A DNA stretch of 64,000 bases, from assembly GCA_964016885.1 (NCBI GenBank), contig OZ024742.1, forward strand, positions 61,690,001 to 61,754,000, given 5' to 3'. The DNA comes from Eledone cirrhosa. Taxonomy: Eukaryota. Position numbers and translations under genes: made by a program. Numbering within the stretch: position 1 is the stretch's first letter; every line of letters starts with the position of its first letter. Positions 28,616 through 44,410 of this stretch are shown piece after piece. The notes beneath the pieces were generated by a model that was not told the origin of the DNA, ran no database searches, and worked only from the letters and a program-made list of their open reading frames with translations.

Positions 28616-28729
28616 GTTTGTTGTTATTCCCATTGTTATCCAACGTATTTTGTTGAATATTTTATATTATTTTATAGTTAAAGTAACCAGTATCTTCGTG
28701 GTCTGGTTAGGTTTTCCCTACCTGTAGCC

Positions 28730-31060
28730 TCTCGATTTTTTAAAAAGAATGATTATGGACAACGATTTTACATCTGCAAGCTGACTCTCCCCAGTAGGGA
28801 AGAGCGAAACAATCACAACAACCACAACTCTACAAGGAAAGATTAAGGTATTAATTTTCCGTAGTTAAAATATTCAACCCCCGCTTCACCATCACATGAA
28901 CTACAAAATACAATGAGCACAACAAAAAACAACATTAACGGGGACACTGCCACTACTACCACCACCAATATTGCAACAACAAATAATATTACAGAAACAA
29001 ATAAAAATAACCGTAACAAAGACAACAACGACACAAATGGTGACAACAATAAGAACGATAATAGCAACATCAACGATAACAACAATAACAACAACAACAA
29101 TACACTTGCAGCAATAGCCTCAAAGGCAACTGAAACGTTCGTCATGAACATTCTAGAAAAAGAGACATGTTTTATCCAAGCAGCCAAACTAATAAAAGTT
29201 TTTAAATCATGGGCTGAAGCAGCAAACACCTCTATTCCCACTCGAGGTGTTAGCAGAACCTACCCCTAAAAAACTGTGAACTACAAATCTATCCAAAAAT
29301 ATGAAAAAGGTCGGATCCAGCATATCAGACAGATATTGAAAAGGCACTGAAAGGGGTGATGTCCGATATTCAGTATATTGTGACGCTCAGGCAGTATGTG
29401 GACATTTCAGTGCTCTTTAAAGTGAAGCTCAGACCGTTAAAGGCTCCGTGATGCCATGTCGGGGTGATAAATATGTTCTCTACCATCTTATTTAGGAAGA
29501 AAGACGGTAAGGATCAAGATACTAGGGATCCCACCGCAGGTGAATACTTGGTAGCTATTGGCCTGCATCGTCCTAGACGGAAGCAACACCCTCGTAGAGG
29601 TGAAAAGAACCAGACGAGAAAACTGGTCTGGAATTAGTGTGAAGGTATTACTCCGCATCAAACCAGATATCATCAACAAGATCTCAGACAACAAGAGAGC
29701 GATTAGAGTAGAATCAATATTATTTGGTAAAAATATAGTAATAGAAAAAAATTGAAAGAAGCGTTAGTAGCTAGATTAGATGAGGCGATTAGAAGTGGCA
29801 TTGATATCGACGTGTTAGGTGTATGGATGGCACTGGACCATTTCTTCAATGCGAACAATAAAGGTTGCATTGACAGGGCTAAGGTGTGAGTTCTAAGAAA
29901 CGAAGGAATGAAAGGTGTTCTATGGGCTTCAGTCTTTTACTGACCGAGACGGGTGTGTGCTGCTCGATTCCATTCAGATGTATGTGGCTTTTCGCCAGCA
30001 CTTTGCATGACTGTTCGGGGAAAGCGGGGGCATCGGGGACGGTAGCGGATTTCATTTCCTTCCTCGGCGGCCTGCCGCGACTCTCGGTGATTGATGCGGA
30101 GTGCTGCAATACACCGATAACAGCTGCCAAGATACGGGAAGTCCTGGCCAGCTGTACGAGGCGTAAATAACCCAGTTTGGATGGGATGCCCTATGAGTTT
30201 TATATAGACATGCCAAACTTTTCCTCCGATGTCCTCGAAGCTGTCAACTGCAAGTGGCAACAGAACAGAATTTCCAATTCTGTGAGTCGAGGTGTAGTAA
30301 GGCTGATGGGGAAAGACGGGGACAAGAGGAGCTATGAACAATTTCCAGAAATCTCTGGATTTTCAGTGCTACCCGGGGGCGGAGGGATCAATACCGGTTC
30401 GAGAAAAATTCTACAGGCTCTAAAGTGCGGTAAGATAGACTTATCCGAGATGCGCACAGAGCGACGGAACAGTTCTGCACGCATCCATCCAGTGTCCGAA
30501 CATTGATGACTTGTGAAGTTTTGTCGAATCTATCTTTCGACAGACACCATCGTTAAGATCGCTCTGACGCCTTCTTTTGGCCGGGAAAAGCAAGCAGCTT
30601 TCCTCTGTCTGGTGTCTATAGCGAAAGAGATTGTGAGGTGATTGCAGTTAAAAGGACTGAAGACATACACTTTTCTCTTCGTTCAATCCCTCAGCAACTT
30701 TTTCAAGTTGCACTTGGAAAAAAAGGTTAGGGTGTAGAGGGAAGTGCTGCTTCTGGTACATTTGTTAAAGGTGGGTGTGGTTGCGGGATTAACCCTAGTG
30801 GAGACCTTAGAGAGGAGATGGGCATCTTTCCATGGTGCTCTTCGCGAGCAGAGAGGTTTGGGATCTGTGGAGTTCCTAAGTTACCCTAGGCTGTACTTCC
30901 CGATACTGGGAAGTTTTTGTTTTTTTTCAATTTGTTGTTAATTGTTGCTTGTTATATTCTTTTTACATGTTTTATGTAAATCCCCTCTGTCCTTGTTTAT
31001 TTTATTGTCCTCTATGTTTCGGCTATCATGACCAATAAAAACATTATTATTATTATTGTT
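28730..31060 (+). mobile_element. Decayed Tx1/L1-type LINE (ORF1-like region plus internally deleted ORF2)
   Basis: Asn/Thr-rich ORF1-like piece, GRKTVRIKILGIPP, PITAAKIREVL..K*PSLDGMPYEFY, then C-terminal R.AQSD.TVLH..IQC knuckle, aataaa and (TTA)n tail at 31034. Confidence 0.7.
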
Positions 31061-31864
31061 ATTGTTGTTATTTTTGTGTGTTTTAGAGTCTCCCAAATCT
31101 ACTTTTCTATGGTTCGCGGCAGAATCATTTTCTTAACTAATATTTTTGAAGTTGTTATTTTATCCCTCTTCCATTCCATTTGCTTACAGCAGCAGTATAG
31201 AGCTTGACCTCCCAACCTAATGCAAACAGACAATCAATTATAAGATCAGCCAGGGTCTGTCCATGTTTATTCCCAGAGAAGAATAGAATGTACTTTAATA
31301 TTTCAATTGCATTCATTTCATGATGAAAACTAAAAAGTAGAAATATGTATCCAATTTTATATACATTGAAAACAAAACATTCTTAATCAGAACGCTAGTA
31401 AAACCTACACAGGCTTGTTTTAAATAATTGTTGTAGTGGTGAGGTGATTGCGATTCACACCAACGAACATGACATGTTTTGGTTTCATAGCGTTAGAAAG
31501 GGTAGATCTGATATTTTGCTTTTGTGTTCACGATTTTAATAATATTTCTCGTGCAACCCAACACCCTTTTTCTCCCCCCTCCCATTCTTCTGTAACACTA
31601 GAGCCCTTGCTCTTCTCCTCGTTTTCCGTTTTTAAATGTATGTAATGTTATTTCAAATAGATTTGTTTACGATTTTTTTTTTTTATTAATAAAATATATT
31701 TAGCTGATTTTTTGCAACTTACAAAATAAATTAAAAAAATCTAAATTTATCAAAAAGAAGAACGTGGAAAAAAAAAAGAATTTACGAAACTTAAAAACGA
31801 AATTAAGGACAATTTGAAACGGAGAATCTGTCCATCTAGATTTTGTACTATTTCACTCTATCTC

Positions 31865-32815
31865 TACCATATAATCACACCATACCATCCTATAACATAT
31901 CACACTATACCATAGCATATCATACCATACTTTACCATATCATAGCACACTATTCCATATCACATCACACCACACAAAATCACAACATATCACATCATAC
32001 TATACTCTACCATACCATACTCTACCATCCCATACTATACCATACCATACTACAACTTGCCATACCATGTCACACCATACCATACTATATCACCCCATAC
32101 CATACTATGTCATACCATACCATGCTATACCACACCATATCCCACCATACCATATCACACCATACCACACCATTTTACACCATATTATACTATACCACAC
32201 TATACTATACTATACCACACCATATCCCACCATACTATACCATACTATATCCCGCCATAACATATTATACCATACTACACCATACCATATACAACCATAC
32301 CATACTACACCATACCATATACAACCATATCATACTATACCATACCATATACAACCATACCATATACAACCATACCATATACAACCATACCATACTACAC
32401 CATACCATATACAACCATATCATACTATACCATACCATATACAACCATACCATACTACACCATACCATATACAACCATACCATACTACACCATACCATAT
32501 ACAATCATATCATACTATACCATACCATATACAACCATACCATATACAACCATATCATACTATACCATACCATATACAACCATATCATACTATACCATAC
32601 CATATACAACCATACCATACTACACCATACCATATACAACCATACCATACTACACCATACCATATACAACCATACCATATACAACCATACCATATCACAC
32701 CATGCTTAGCTCTACTACACTATGCCATACCATACCACACCAACCCAAATCATATCACCATACCATACCGCACCATATTATACCATTATTTAACAAGGCA
32801 TACACCACACAAATT
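31865..32815. repeat. Pentamer-based (CATAC-type) satellite with 15-bp higher-order units
   Basis: cataccatatacaac / cataccatactacac / catatcatactatac units, homogeneous 32270-32700 and degenerate at the edges. Confidence 0.92.
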
Positions 32816-33609
32816 TAAACCACACTAACATTAGAAGTAGTGAAAAATATAAAATAATATACATAACTACATAAAACCATAACATAAATACATATTAACG
32901 TTAAATAAAATGAAAATTTGGACGTCAAATAACTGTCAAAATGTTTAACATCAGAGGGGATGGAAGAATCAATAGAAAAGCAAGTATTTGATTTTGTTTT
33001 ATTTGTTGTTTTTTCCCTGGCTTTTAATATCATCGTTGAGGTGGCTTTGGCATGAGAAGTGTTGTCTGGCTCGGCAACAGAGAGACATGTCGTTAAGCTA
33101 AGCTGTTAGACAAGTTCACATTGTGCTTTTTTTCTCACTGTCAACATCAACAATTTGTTTTGTTTTTGTTTTGTTTTCTTGCTTACTTGTGTTGCAAAAA
33201 AAATGAATCGCGTTCAGGTCGAACTGTCATTTGATTCAATCAATCATCAGCTAATTGTGGTTTCATCGATATAATCCCGGAAAGCTCACGTTTTATTTCT
33301 TGTTTTTGTTTATATCTTTTTTCTGTTATGTTCGGGTTTGTTGTTTTTTTTTCAAGTTCTGGTTTTGTTCATTTCATTTCATTTCGTTTCATGGAGTACG
33401 TCGCCATCCACGTTTTTCCGTCTCTAGGGGCTTCTATGCCTAGCTTGGTGGACAATTTTTCATGGTAAAAAAAAGTGCGTTAAAGCTTCTAACTAAATGA
33501 TAAATTCAAACACACACACATGCACTCACACTTATATATATATATATATATTAAAATAACAGATTTTAGTCTTCAAATTTATTATTATTGCTATATATAT
33601 ATATATATA

Positions 33610-34607
<998 letters not shown>

Positions 34608-35415
34608 AAATTGAAACGTTAGGGAATTTTTACAAATCACGTTTTACAGGGAAAATAGGGTTTGAAAAATGTAATGGCTGACCTTTTAGTTATTTAGAAG
34701 GTTTATGTATTAATGTGTCAAGTAATGTGATGATTATTTAAATATTTACTTTTACCTTACATAAATATTTTCGTTACAGTCTTTCGAAAAACATGTTTCG
34801 TTTATGTCTATCTCGCTTGGTTGGTCGCTTGTGTTCTTGCTGAGTACAAGGGGTGCAACTGGTTTTATATTTGTCGCTTATGTCGAGAAGAATATTACAA
34901 GGGGTGTGATTCAGGCTTGATTATGTTGTTTTTTTTAATAAAAAAAATGTTTATGTGTGTAAAAAATTGTGTTTTGGTTTGAATTTACTTATGAAAAATC
35001 TCTCCTTACTAATCCGCTTTTCTAAACGGATTAGTAAGGAAAGTACTTATATTCAAAGAACCGAAATCGTGGTGATCTCCATCACTCAGCTGCTTATAAA
35101 AGATTGTGCCAATGAATACCACTGTCGGTTCATAAATATATATGTGTGTGTGCATCTGTATATGTATATATATATATATGGGGGGGGGGTATGTATGTGT
35201 GTATAAATATGTATGTATACACATAAGCATATATACATAAATGTATTCATATATGTGTGTGTGAAAGATTGAGTGTGCCTGTATTATATGCATATTTCGT
35301 TTAATTAAATGTACGCACACACATATATATACATATATATAGAGATAGATATAGGTATACATATATATAGTTATATTTATGTGTGTGATGTTTATTTCTG
35401 TCTGCGTGTGTATTT

Positions 35416-35480
<65 letters not shown>

Positions 35481-35924
35481 TTTGTGAGCCTCATTGTGAA
35501 TGACATCAGGCAATAACAAAGTAATTTGCAGTTAGCTAAAAGCGAAGAACGGTTGACGAGAGAACAAATTATTTCCCGCTTAAGAAATTTGGTATAATCT
35601 CTGATAACTTCTGATAAAAATCCAACGATTTCAATAAGTTTAGAATAAATAACATTTAAATATCTATCGAAGACTGTTGTTAATAGAAATAGCTACAAGA
35701 CCAAAACGATGAAGAATATGTGTTCGTAATTTCTAAGAAATTAGATTTGTGCTTATCAAAATATATGCATTTGAAAAGATCTATAGCCTACACTGAAGCA
35801 ATGTTTCAGAAAGCCGCCCTGCTGTGAGATACATAACATACGTGTTATTTATGCATGGTCTTTCTTGATTTCTTCCTTTTCCTCCCCTCCAAGTTTATCT
35901 TTCAGAAGTTTAATTATATATATG

Positions 35925-35979
<55 letters not shown>

Positions 35980-36039
35980 CAAATATGTATGTACGCTTGT
36001 ATGTATGTATGTTTGTTTTTATACTTAGATGCTAGAGTA

Positions 36040-36282
36040 TTAGGATTGCAATTGAAAGGTTGTGAGTTCAATTCTCAGACCAGGTGATGTGTTGTTTCCT
36101 TGAGCAAGACACTTTATTTCACGTTGCTCCAGTTTACTCAGCTGAAAATGAGCACCAGCAATAGCTGGAGATTTAACCCTGCGATGGACTGGCGTCCTGT
36201 CCAGGGGGGAGTCTTGTACTCTCATTTGCTTCACGCCATGAAACCGGGATAAGCACCGGCCAAATGAGCCTTCTGGCAGACT
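36040..36282 (+). mobile_element. tRNA-derived SINE (family B)
   Basis: gagttcaattc B box, ccttgagcaagacactt, ctcagctg..aaatg, cctgcgatggactggcgtcctgtccaggg. Confidence 0.75.
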
Positions 36283-36377
36283 TTAGACTTTTTTATATAT
36301 ATATATATATATATACACATATATATATATATGTACCGCTGAGTGGTAGATTTATATGTATATATAGATATATATGC

Positions 36378-36409
<32 letters not shown>

Positions 36410-36690
36410 GTACATGCGCATATAAATGTATGTATACATACGAATATGAATATGTATAGATATAGATATATATATTATACGCACACATATATATGCACAC
36501 ATTTAAGTTTAAACTTCATAGTACAGTCTTTACATAGCTAAGGCTTCTGATTCAAAAGTGGCAGTTACATTCACGTTTTCATAATCTTCAAATACACATT
36601 GTGGTCTATCATAAATGTGTATTACATCCATACTTACAACGCACGCACACACACACGCAAACACACACACACACACACACATACATACAG

Positions 36691-36723
<33 letters not shown>

Positions 36724-36842
36724 GAGAGAGAAAATTGAGGTTGGTAATGACACATGGAATATATAAGAGACAGAATACTTTTTTGTGAAAAAACATATAA
36801 TTTTATAAGGTAAGGAAATAATAAAGGGTATATATATATATA

Positions 36843-37037
36843 TAACAAAGGAATTGTGGTAAGGAACCAGATGGACCAAAACGCACCAGAGTACTCAATA
36901 CTTAAGGTAGTAGAGTGGGAAATAGGAAAAAGTAGGACCCCGACGGCAGAGATCAAGCCGTTTCGACGGCTATTTCTGGACTGAAATAGCCGTCGAAACG
37001 GCTTGAATTCTGCCGTCGGGGTCATACTTTTTCCTAT
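36843..37037 (-). mobile_element. Palindromic PLE-terminus derivative in (TA)n
   Basis: Inverted repeat 36922-37037 centred on tatttc-tggact-gaaata, plus the shared tail on the minus strand. Confidence 0.85.
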
Positions 37038-37163
37038 ATATATATGTATATATATATTATATATATATATATATATGTAAAAGGTAAACAGAAATAACAA
37101 CACAATCGGTACAGTATATGGAAGGAATATATTAGGTTAACGCTTGAAATAGCAGGAAGAGGG

Positions 37164-37199
37164 TCTTAACGTTTCGGACGCTAGTCCTTCATCAGAAGA
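37164..37199 (-). ncRNA. Minimal type I hammerhead ribozyme
   Basis: Minus strand tctt-CTGATGA-a ggac tagc gtcc-GAAACGTT-aaga within repeat 37080-37284. Confidence 0.82.
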
Positions 37200-37315
37200 A
37201 AGAATGAGAAATAAGATAGATTGAAGGGACGGGCAGGTTGGAATTGGAAAAATGTCTTTAGATAAAAATAACAGGTCCATTCATACACATATACATACAT
37301 ATATATATGTGTGTG

Positions 37316-37405
<90 letters not shown>

Positions 37406-38734
37406 TGTGTGTGTGTGTGTATGTGTGTGTGTCTGTGTGTCTGTGTGTCTGTGTCTGTGTCTGTGTCTGTGTGTGTGTCTGTGTGTGTCTGTGTTTGATG
37501 TATAAATTTATGAGGTTTATATAATGCATTTTGAAATCTATACATATATACTTTGGTATATATATATATGTGCATGTGCTCGCGCCTGCGCGTTTCTGTG
37601 TTTCTTGCTATTGTTGCTTCTATTGTTCTGTTATTCTACGTTGTGATGTGTCTCATCACGTTGTACATTGTGTCCTATATAATTGATACTCAGAAAATTA
37701 TAGTTCTTATAATAATTATGAATGGCATTGATGATGATAATGACGTCGTCGATAATGATGACGACGACGATATCGCGTTGTTTAACACCACCACCACCAC
37801 CACCAACTGTCTATTGAAAGCCCACTTTTGCAAGCATTCAAATCAGGTCTCCATTTTGGAAATCCTTTTTTTTTTTTTTCCTCTTTTTTTCCTGCGCCCA
37901 ATTTCGCGAACTATGAAATGAAAGTTTCACGGGTCCTGCCCTTCCCTCTTTAACTAAACTAAAACTATGTAAAATTGGTAGCAAAGTGATTGATGCAAAG
38001 CCTCTGATTATAGGTTTGCTCTTCCAATCAACACCATCAACAGATACATAATACTCCCGGATAATGGATTATCCTACAAATATTGACCAGCTATTATTTG
38101 GGCTGACGTGAAATCTGATCTATGAAACACATCTGAGAAACACTAAAAAGTTTATTGATGTTTCTTTTCCTCTGCCTAACATATCCTTTTAATGCATTTG
38201 GATTATATAAAAAACGCATGTAGATAAATCGAAGATAGTAATCACATATATGTTTATTTACAGCTCTGGGAGGAACCTCTAAAACAGTGTTTTTAATATA
38301 TGGTATTTTTATTCAGGCTTCGCCACGACAACTAAAAGAAATGGCTACACTCCTCAATATGTATGTTTAATGTTCAAAATTCATAGAGTGAAATATTTGA
38401 AATATTTTCCCCAAATTATTGAAATTGTCCCTCTTTAGAGTGCACGACTCATATTCAGAATCTCCTTTCTATAGAGCAGCTAGCCATAAGGAATAAATGA
38501 ACGTGTGCTTTAGAAACGATAATTTATGAAAAAATTAAAAGCTGTATGGAATTTTTTATGTTTTACTAAAATATGATATATATAAATGGGGTGGGGCAGC
38601 ATAACAGGTCAGATATTCACACTGCGGCAGATAGTTGAGAAACCGTGGGAATATTATTGCTCTTATGTCTCTATATGAATACTCTTGAATTCTGTTCGGA
38701 TAAATGGTGTTAAGAAGAAACCATCAGGGCTACG

Positions 38735-39350
38735 AAGACTGGGACACGTGTCCTCTTAAGGAAGGTGGCACACAGCCCTTTACATGCATGTGGAATTCCA
38801 CCGAAGCAGGTGGAGAAATTCAAGTATGTCTCAGCCGTGTTCACAAATAATGGGAGGTATGAGGCTTAACTGCAAGAATTGCAGGAGTTGGTGCAGTAAT
38901 GTTTCAACTTCAGTATTCGGTCATCAGAAAAAAAAAATGTAAGTGTAAAAGCTAAATACGCTATAATTTGGTATTCGTGCCAACCCTTAACTCTCGTCAG
39001 GAATCTTGAGAAAGATTACATTTGCGAATACAAGCGGCCGAAATAGGGTTCTTCCGAAGGGTCTTTGGAGTAATGGTACTCAATAGAGCGCATAGTTCGT
39101 AGATCAGAGATTCGTTCCGGCTAGAGCCGCTTCGTCTCAATATTGAGAGATCACAGCTCCGATACTACGGGTATTTGGTTATAATCTCCCAGAAAGGAAA
39201 CACTGGATAAGTGTTACAGGCAAAACCAACCGGCAGGAGACCCAGCGCTAGACAACGAGGAAGATGGTTGGATAACCTCCATGAGCTCGGTTGCTTTGGT
39301 GCTTTTGAGGACTCTGCCCCTAACGACCCTCTCAGGAATATCTTGGTGAA
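38735..39350 (+). mobile_element. Decayed RTE-clade LINE 3' region
   Basis: KQVEKFKY..VFT, FVPTL, RIQAAEIGFFRRV, LEPL..IERSQLRYYG, AKPTGRRP..RWLD. Confidence 0.78.
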
Positions 39351-39389
39351 GAAGATATATGTATATATATAGATAAAATATATATATAT

Positions 39390-39445
<56 letters not shown>

Positions 39446-39565
39446 CATCTATTAACAAGTTACTCTTCAAAGTGGAAGCTTCTCTCTTGTGATTACATAA
39501 AACTGATTCGTATGGAGAAATTTATCAGAAATAAGAAAACAGCACCACCCTAGACTACCACTACA

Positions 39566-41050
<1,485 letters not shown>

Positions 41051-41332
41051 TGATGATTGTACAGAAATAACGAAAAATAGGTTCAATCTTAAGACATTTT
41101 TTTTTTTTCATTTTTCTTCCGTTGGTTTTGCATGAAAATATCAATGAAAGCTACACTAATTCCTAGAATATTCGAAAAGTAAAAAGAATAAGAAAGAAAT
41201 GATGAAATGTTGCTAATATGACTTTGTCTTTTGAAGATCATTCTGATATTCTTTAATTTCCTCCTGTTAATAATATATAACCAAAGCTTTAGTTACTTCA
41301 ATTTTTATCGCCACCCGTCAAACATGACCAAA

Positions 41333-41765
41333 TAATGGTTTCTGATTTAGGCACAAGGCCAACAATTTTGGTGGAAGATAAAATCGATTAAATCGATCTA
41401 AGTGCGTTACTAGTAGGCTATTTTATCGAACCCGTAAGGATGAAAGGCAAAGTTAACCTCCACGGGAGTTCAACTCAGAACGTAAAGGGACATAACTATA
41501 TGCCGCAAAAAATGTTGCCAATCCACCACCCTAACAAGGCCGAAATAATGATTTCTAATTTAGACACAATGCCAACAATTTGTGGGGTTAAGAAAGTCGG
41601 TTACTACGCCCCCTGTAAATGACTTGTACATTATTTTATCGAACTCTGAAGGATGAAAGACAAAGTTGACCTCCGCAGGATTTGAATTCAGAACGTAAAT
41701 AGCCGAAACAAATACCGTAGAATCATTTCCTCCAATGTTCTACAAATTCTGTCGTTCCAGCACAC
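41333..41765 (-). mobile_element. Two tandem SINE family A copies
   Basis: ggcacaaggcc..ggatgaaaggcaaagttaacctc..ctcagaacgtaaa occurs twice. Confidence 0.8.
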
Positions 41766-42419
41766 TAACATGACCAAATAATGATAATTGTTTGAAATTA
41801 GATTCTCCTCGTCGTTTCAGCTACAAACACTAGGTACCACCGCCCGTAGTCCTGGGGAACGGGAAATAACTAATTGCCTTGCTTTTGACTGACGTCTCCT
41901 TTTTTTCTCGGTCCCTTGACTGTCGTTTTTCTCCGTAAAATCGTGATGAAGTCATCTCGCCTGAGGGAGGGGCCTCGTTAGGTGAAATGGTTGATGTAGC
42001 AGCATCACTAGCTGTTCGGAACAATGCCTTCGCATTCTTGTCCATGAAACAAATGTGAGATGTACCGCTCAACCAAAGGTCCAGAGTTTGTTCTCTCTCT
42101 ATTGCTCCCCCTTTTAATAACCAACTAAACTAGTAGACCAGTTAGCCATCTGAGTGGTCATTAGTTTACATGTCATTGCTGCAAGTTAGGCAACCAGCTA
42201 AACAGTTGAACGGTCAGTGGCTTGTTTTTATTCTGCAGCCATACTACTAAATTAGCCAACTAATCCACTTACCAGTGCATCATCTGAGCGATCAGGGGTT
42301 TGTATAATATTGCTATCACATTAGTGAAGCAATCATTGACCATATGAGCGTTCATTGGTCTGTAGCCTGTATGCTTTTTTACAATACATTATTTAAAATG
42401 GTACTATACTTTTTCAACA

Positions 42420-43875
42420 CGTATGTCGGTGTTGGTAGAGCCGGGTCTTAAAGACACAAGCGGTTAATCCTATATAGGCTTTGTTGGAGGTTTCCGTCCT
42501 CACGTTGCATTGGTAGATCACGTTACGTTCTCGGCATCTGTTGTTGAGGGAGCACGTAGATCTATCAGGGCAGTTACACATCCTGGTTGGCTCTCCACTA
42601 ATGTCTAGGTTGTTTCTTCCATAGGGGTTCAGTTTCTTGTTGTTTGAAGAGGCGATGTTTTGTGCAAAGTTGGGTGTGGTGCTGCGGGAGAGTTTGGTAA
42701 TGTTTTGTTGATTATGTTGTGGTAGTGGTATTGTGGTGGGAAGTGTTTTTCGAGGAACCTAAAGAAGATTTTCCCGATTGGTGTTGGTACCTCGGCAATG
42801 TGGGGGAGGGTTGAACCACGTTACGTGGTGTGAGCGGCGGCGGCGTTGCCTGCTGGTTCCGCTAAGGGAAGCTGGATAAAAGGAGATTTCCTCCCGAAAG
42901 CCGCTTCGCTTGAGGGCCTGGTTGTACCGATCATTTTCGAGGTTGAGGGTAACGTCCAGGAAATTGACTCGGCTTAGGGACTTTTGTAGGGTTATTTTAA
43001 CTCCCCAGTCCCGGAAGAAGTTGATTAGTTGTTTACGGACCCGGTCTGTACTACTGGGGTTGTACCCTTTGAGGGTAAGGAGCCCATCGTCTCGGTACAA
43101 TTCACCGCCTATATAGGATTAACCGCTTGTGACTTTAAGACATGTCACTACACTTTAGGGCCACATCTGGGACCTCCAGGATAATAACATAACATACAAT
43201 CTTACTTGGAGCCTACTGTCCAGGGCTAACTCCTACACGTAAGGACGCCGTCCGTGTAACTTATGCTCGGAGGAAACATTACAAATGGTGTTTACGAAGG
43301 ACCAACTCCTAAACAAAAAAGATGAACTTGTAACTGCATGTAAACACCGATTGCGTGGGACTTAAACCCCTTCATGACCCGGGTGGGTAGACAATGGCTG
43401 AAACATCCTTCTTTTCCTCACTTGCCGAACAAGATAGGGGAAACCCCGCTGACATAGGCAGTTGTACTTCTTTTCTTTTCCTTTTTCTTTTCTTCTTCCC
43501 TTTATCTCTTTCTATTACTTCCTTTCACTCCCTTTCCTCTTCCTTTTCCTTTTTCCTCTTTCGCCTACCCCGTGGCATCCCAGTAAATTATATATAGCAT
43601 TGGCCGAAAACGCAATACCAACTAAAGATAGCAGCTGCTTTAGACTCTAGAGATTTTTTATTACTTTTTACTATTTAATTTCACTGCCATGAAAGATTTA
43701 ATTGTATTTACAAGAAATTTTGACCAATCCTTTTGACAACTACAATCTTCCCATATAAGGAATTACCCCTTGAAAAGTTCGGCTATTTATTACCACGCTA
43801 AACATTCTAATTTAGTTCAGAAATAGCCGTCGAAACGGCTTGATCTCTGCCATTGGGGTTAAACATTTTCCTATA
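42420..43875. mobile_element. Rearranged Penelope-like element: RT/linker on minus strand (42420-43107), GIY-YIG end and 3' UTR on plus strand (43108-43875)
   Basis: YRDDGLL..VNFLDVTLNL..WFNPP (ORF 42759-43100); AYIGLTA motif on both strands; HIWDL..W..CNLC..KDELVTACKHR on the plus strand. Confidence 0.85.
43763..43862 (+). ncRNA. Complete hammerhead-like motif (U3-A8 core), likely parent of the palindromic inserts
   Basis: ttacccc-TTGAAAA-gttcggctattt...aaatagccgtc-GAAACGGC ttgatctct GCCATT-ggggttaa; this copy has substitutions near the cleavage triplet. Confidence 0.7.
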
Positions 43876-43891
43876 TATATATATATGAGTA

Positions 43892-43951
<60 letters not shown>

Positions 43952-43974
43952 CGTGTGTGTGTGTGTGTGTGTTT

Positions 43975-44240
43975 GAAGGTGCATGGAATTAGTGGTTAAG
44001 GGATAGGTTCACGATCGTAAGGTCATGAGTTCGATACCGGGCGGTACGTTTTATCCTTGGATAAAGAGACTTTAATTCATCTTATTCCAACTCAATTACA
44101 TTAAGTATACACCTCAATGGGGAATACTTAGCTATTTTGCCGTTGATTTTATGGGGATGCTGTTCCATTGATCGAACAACTGGAAGTTACGGAGGTCCAA
44201 TACTGACCACTAATAACTGGCCAACGGTAACTACGATAAC
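43975..44240 (+). mobile_element. SINE family B, degenerate
   Basis: tgg..tagtggtt A box and gagttcgatacc B box; further decayed heads at ~45220-45440 and ~45525-45665. Confidence 0.6.
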
Positions 44241-44320
44241 TTGATTGTGCGTATGTGTGTATGTGTGTGTATGTCTGTGTGTATGTGTCTGTATGCATGT
44301 GTTTGTGTGTGTTGTGTGTG

Positions 44321-44410
<90 letters not shown>

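Noticed and set aside
31843-32828. 288-aa and 253-aa His/Tyr-rich ORFs
   Set aside because: Satellite DNA open in several frames; no evidence of coding.
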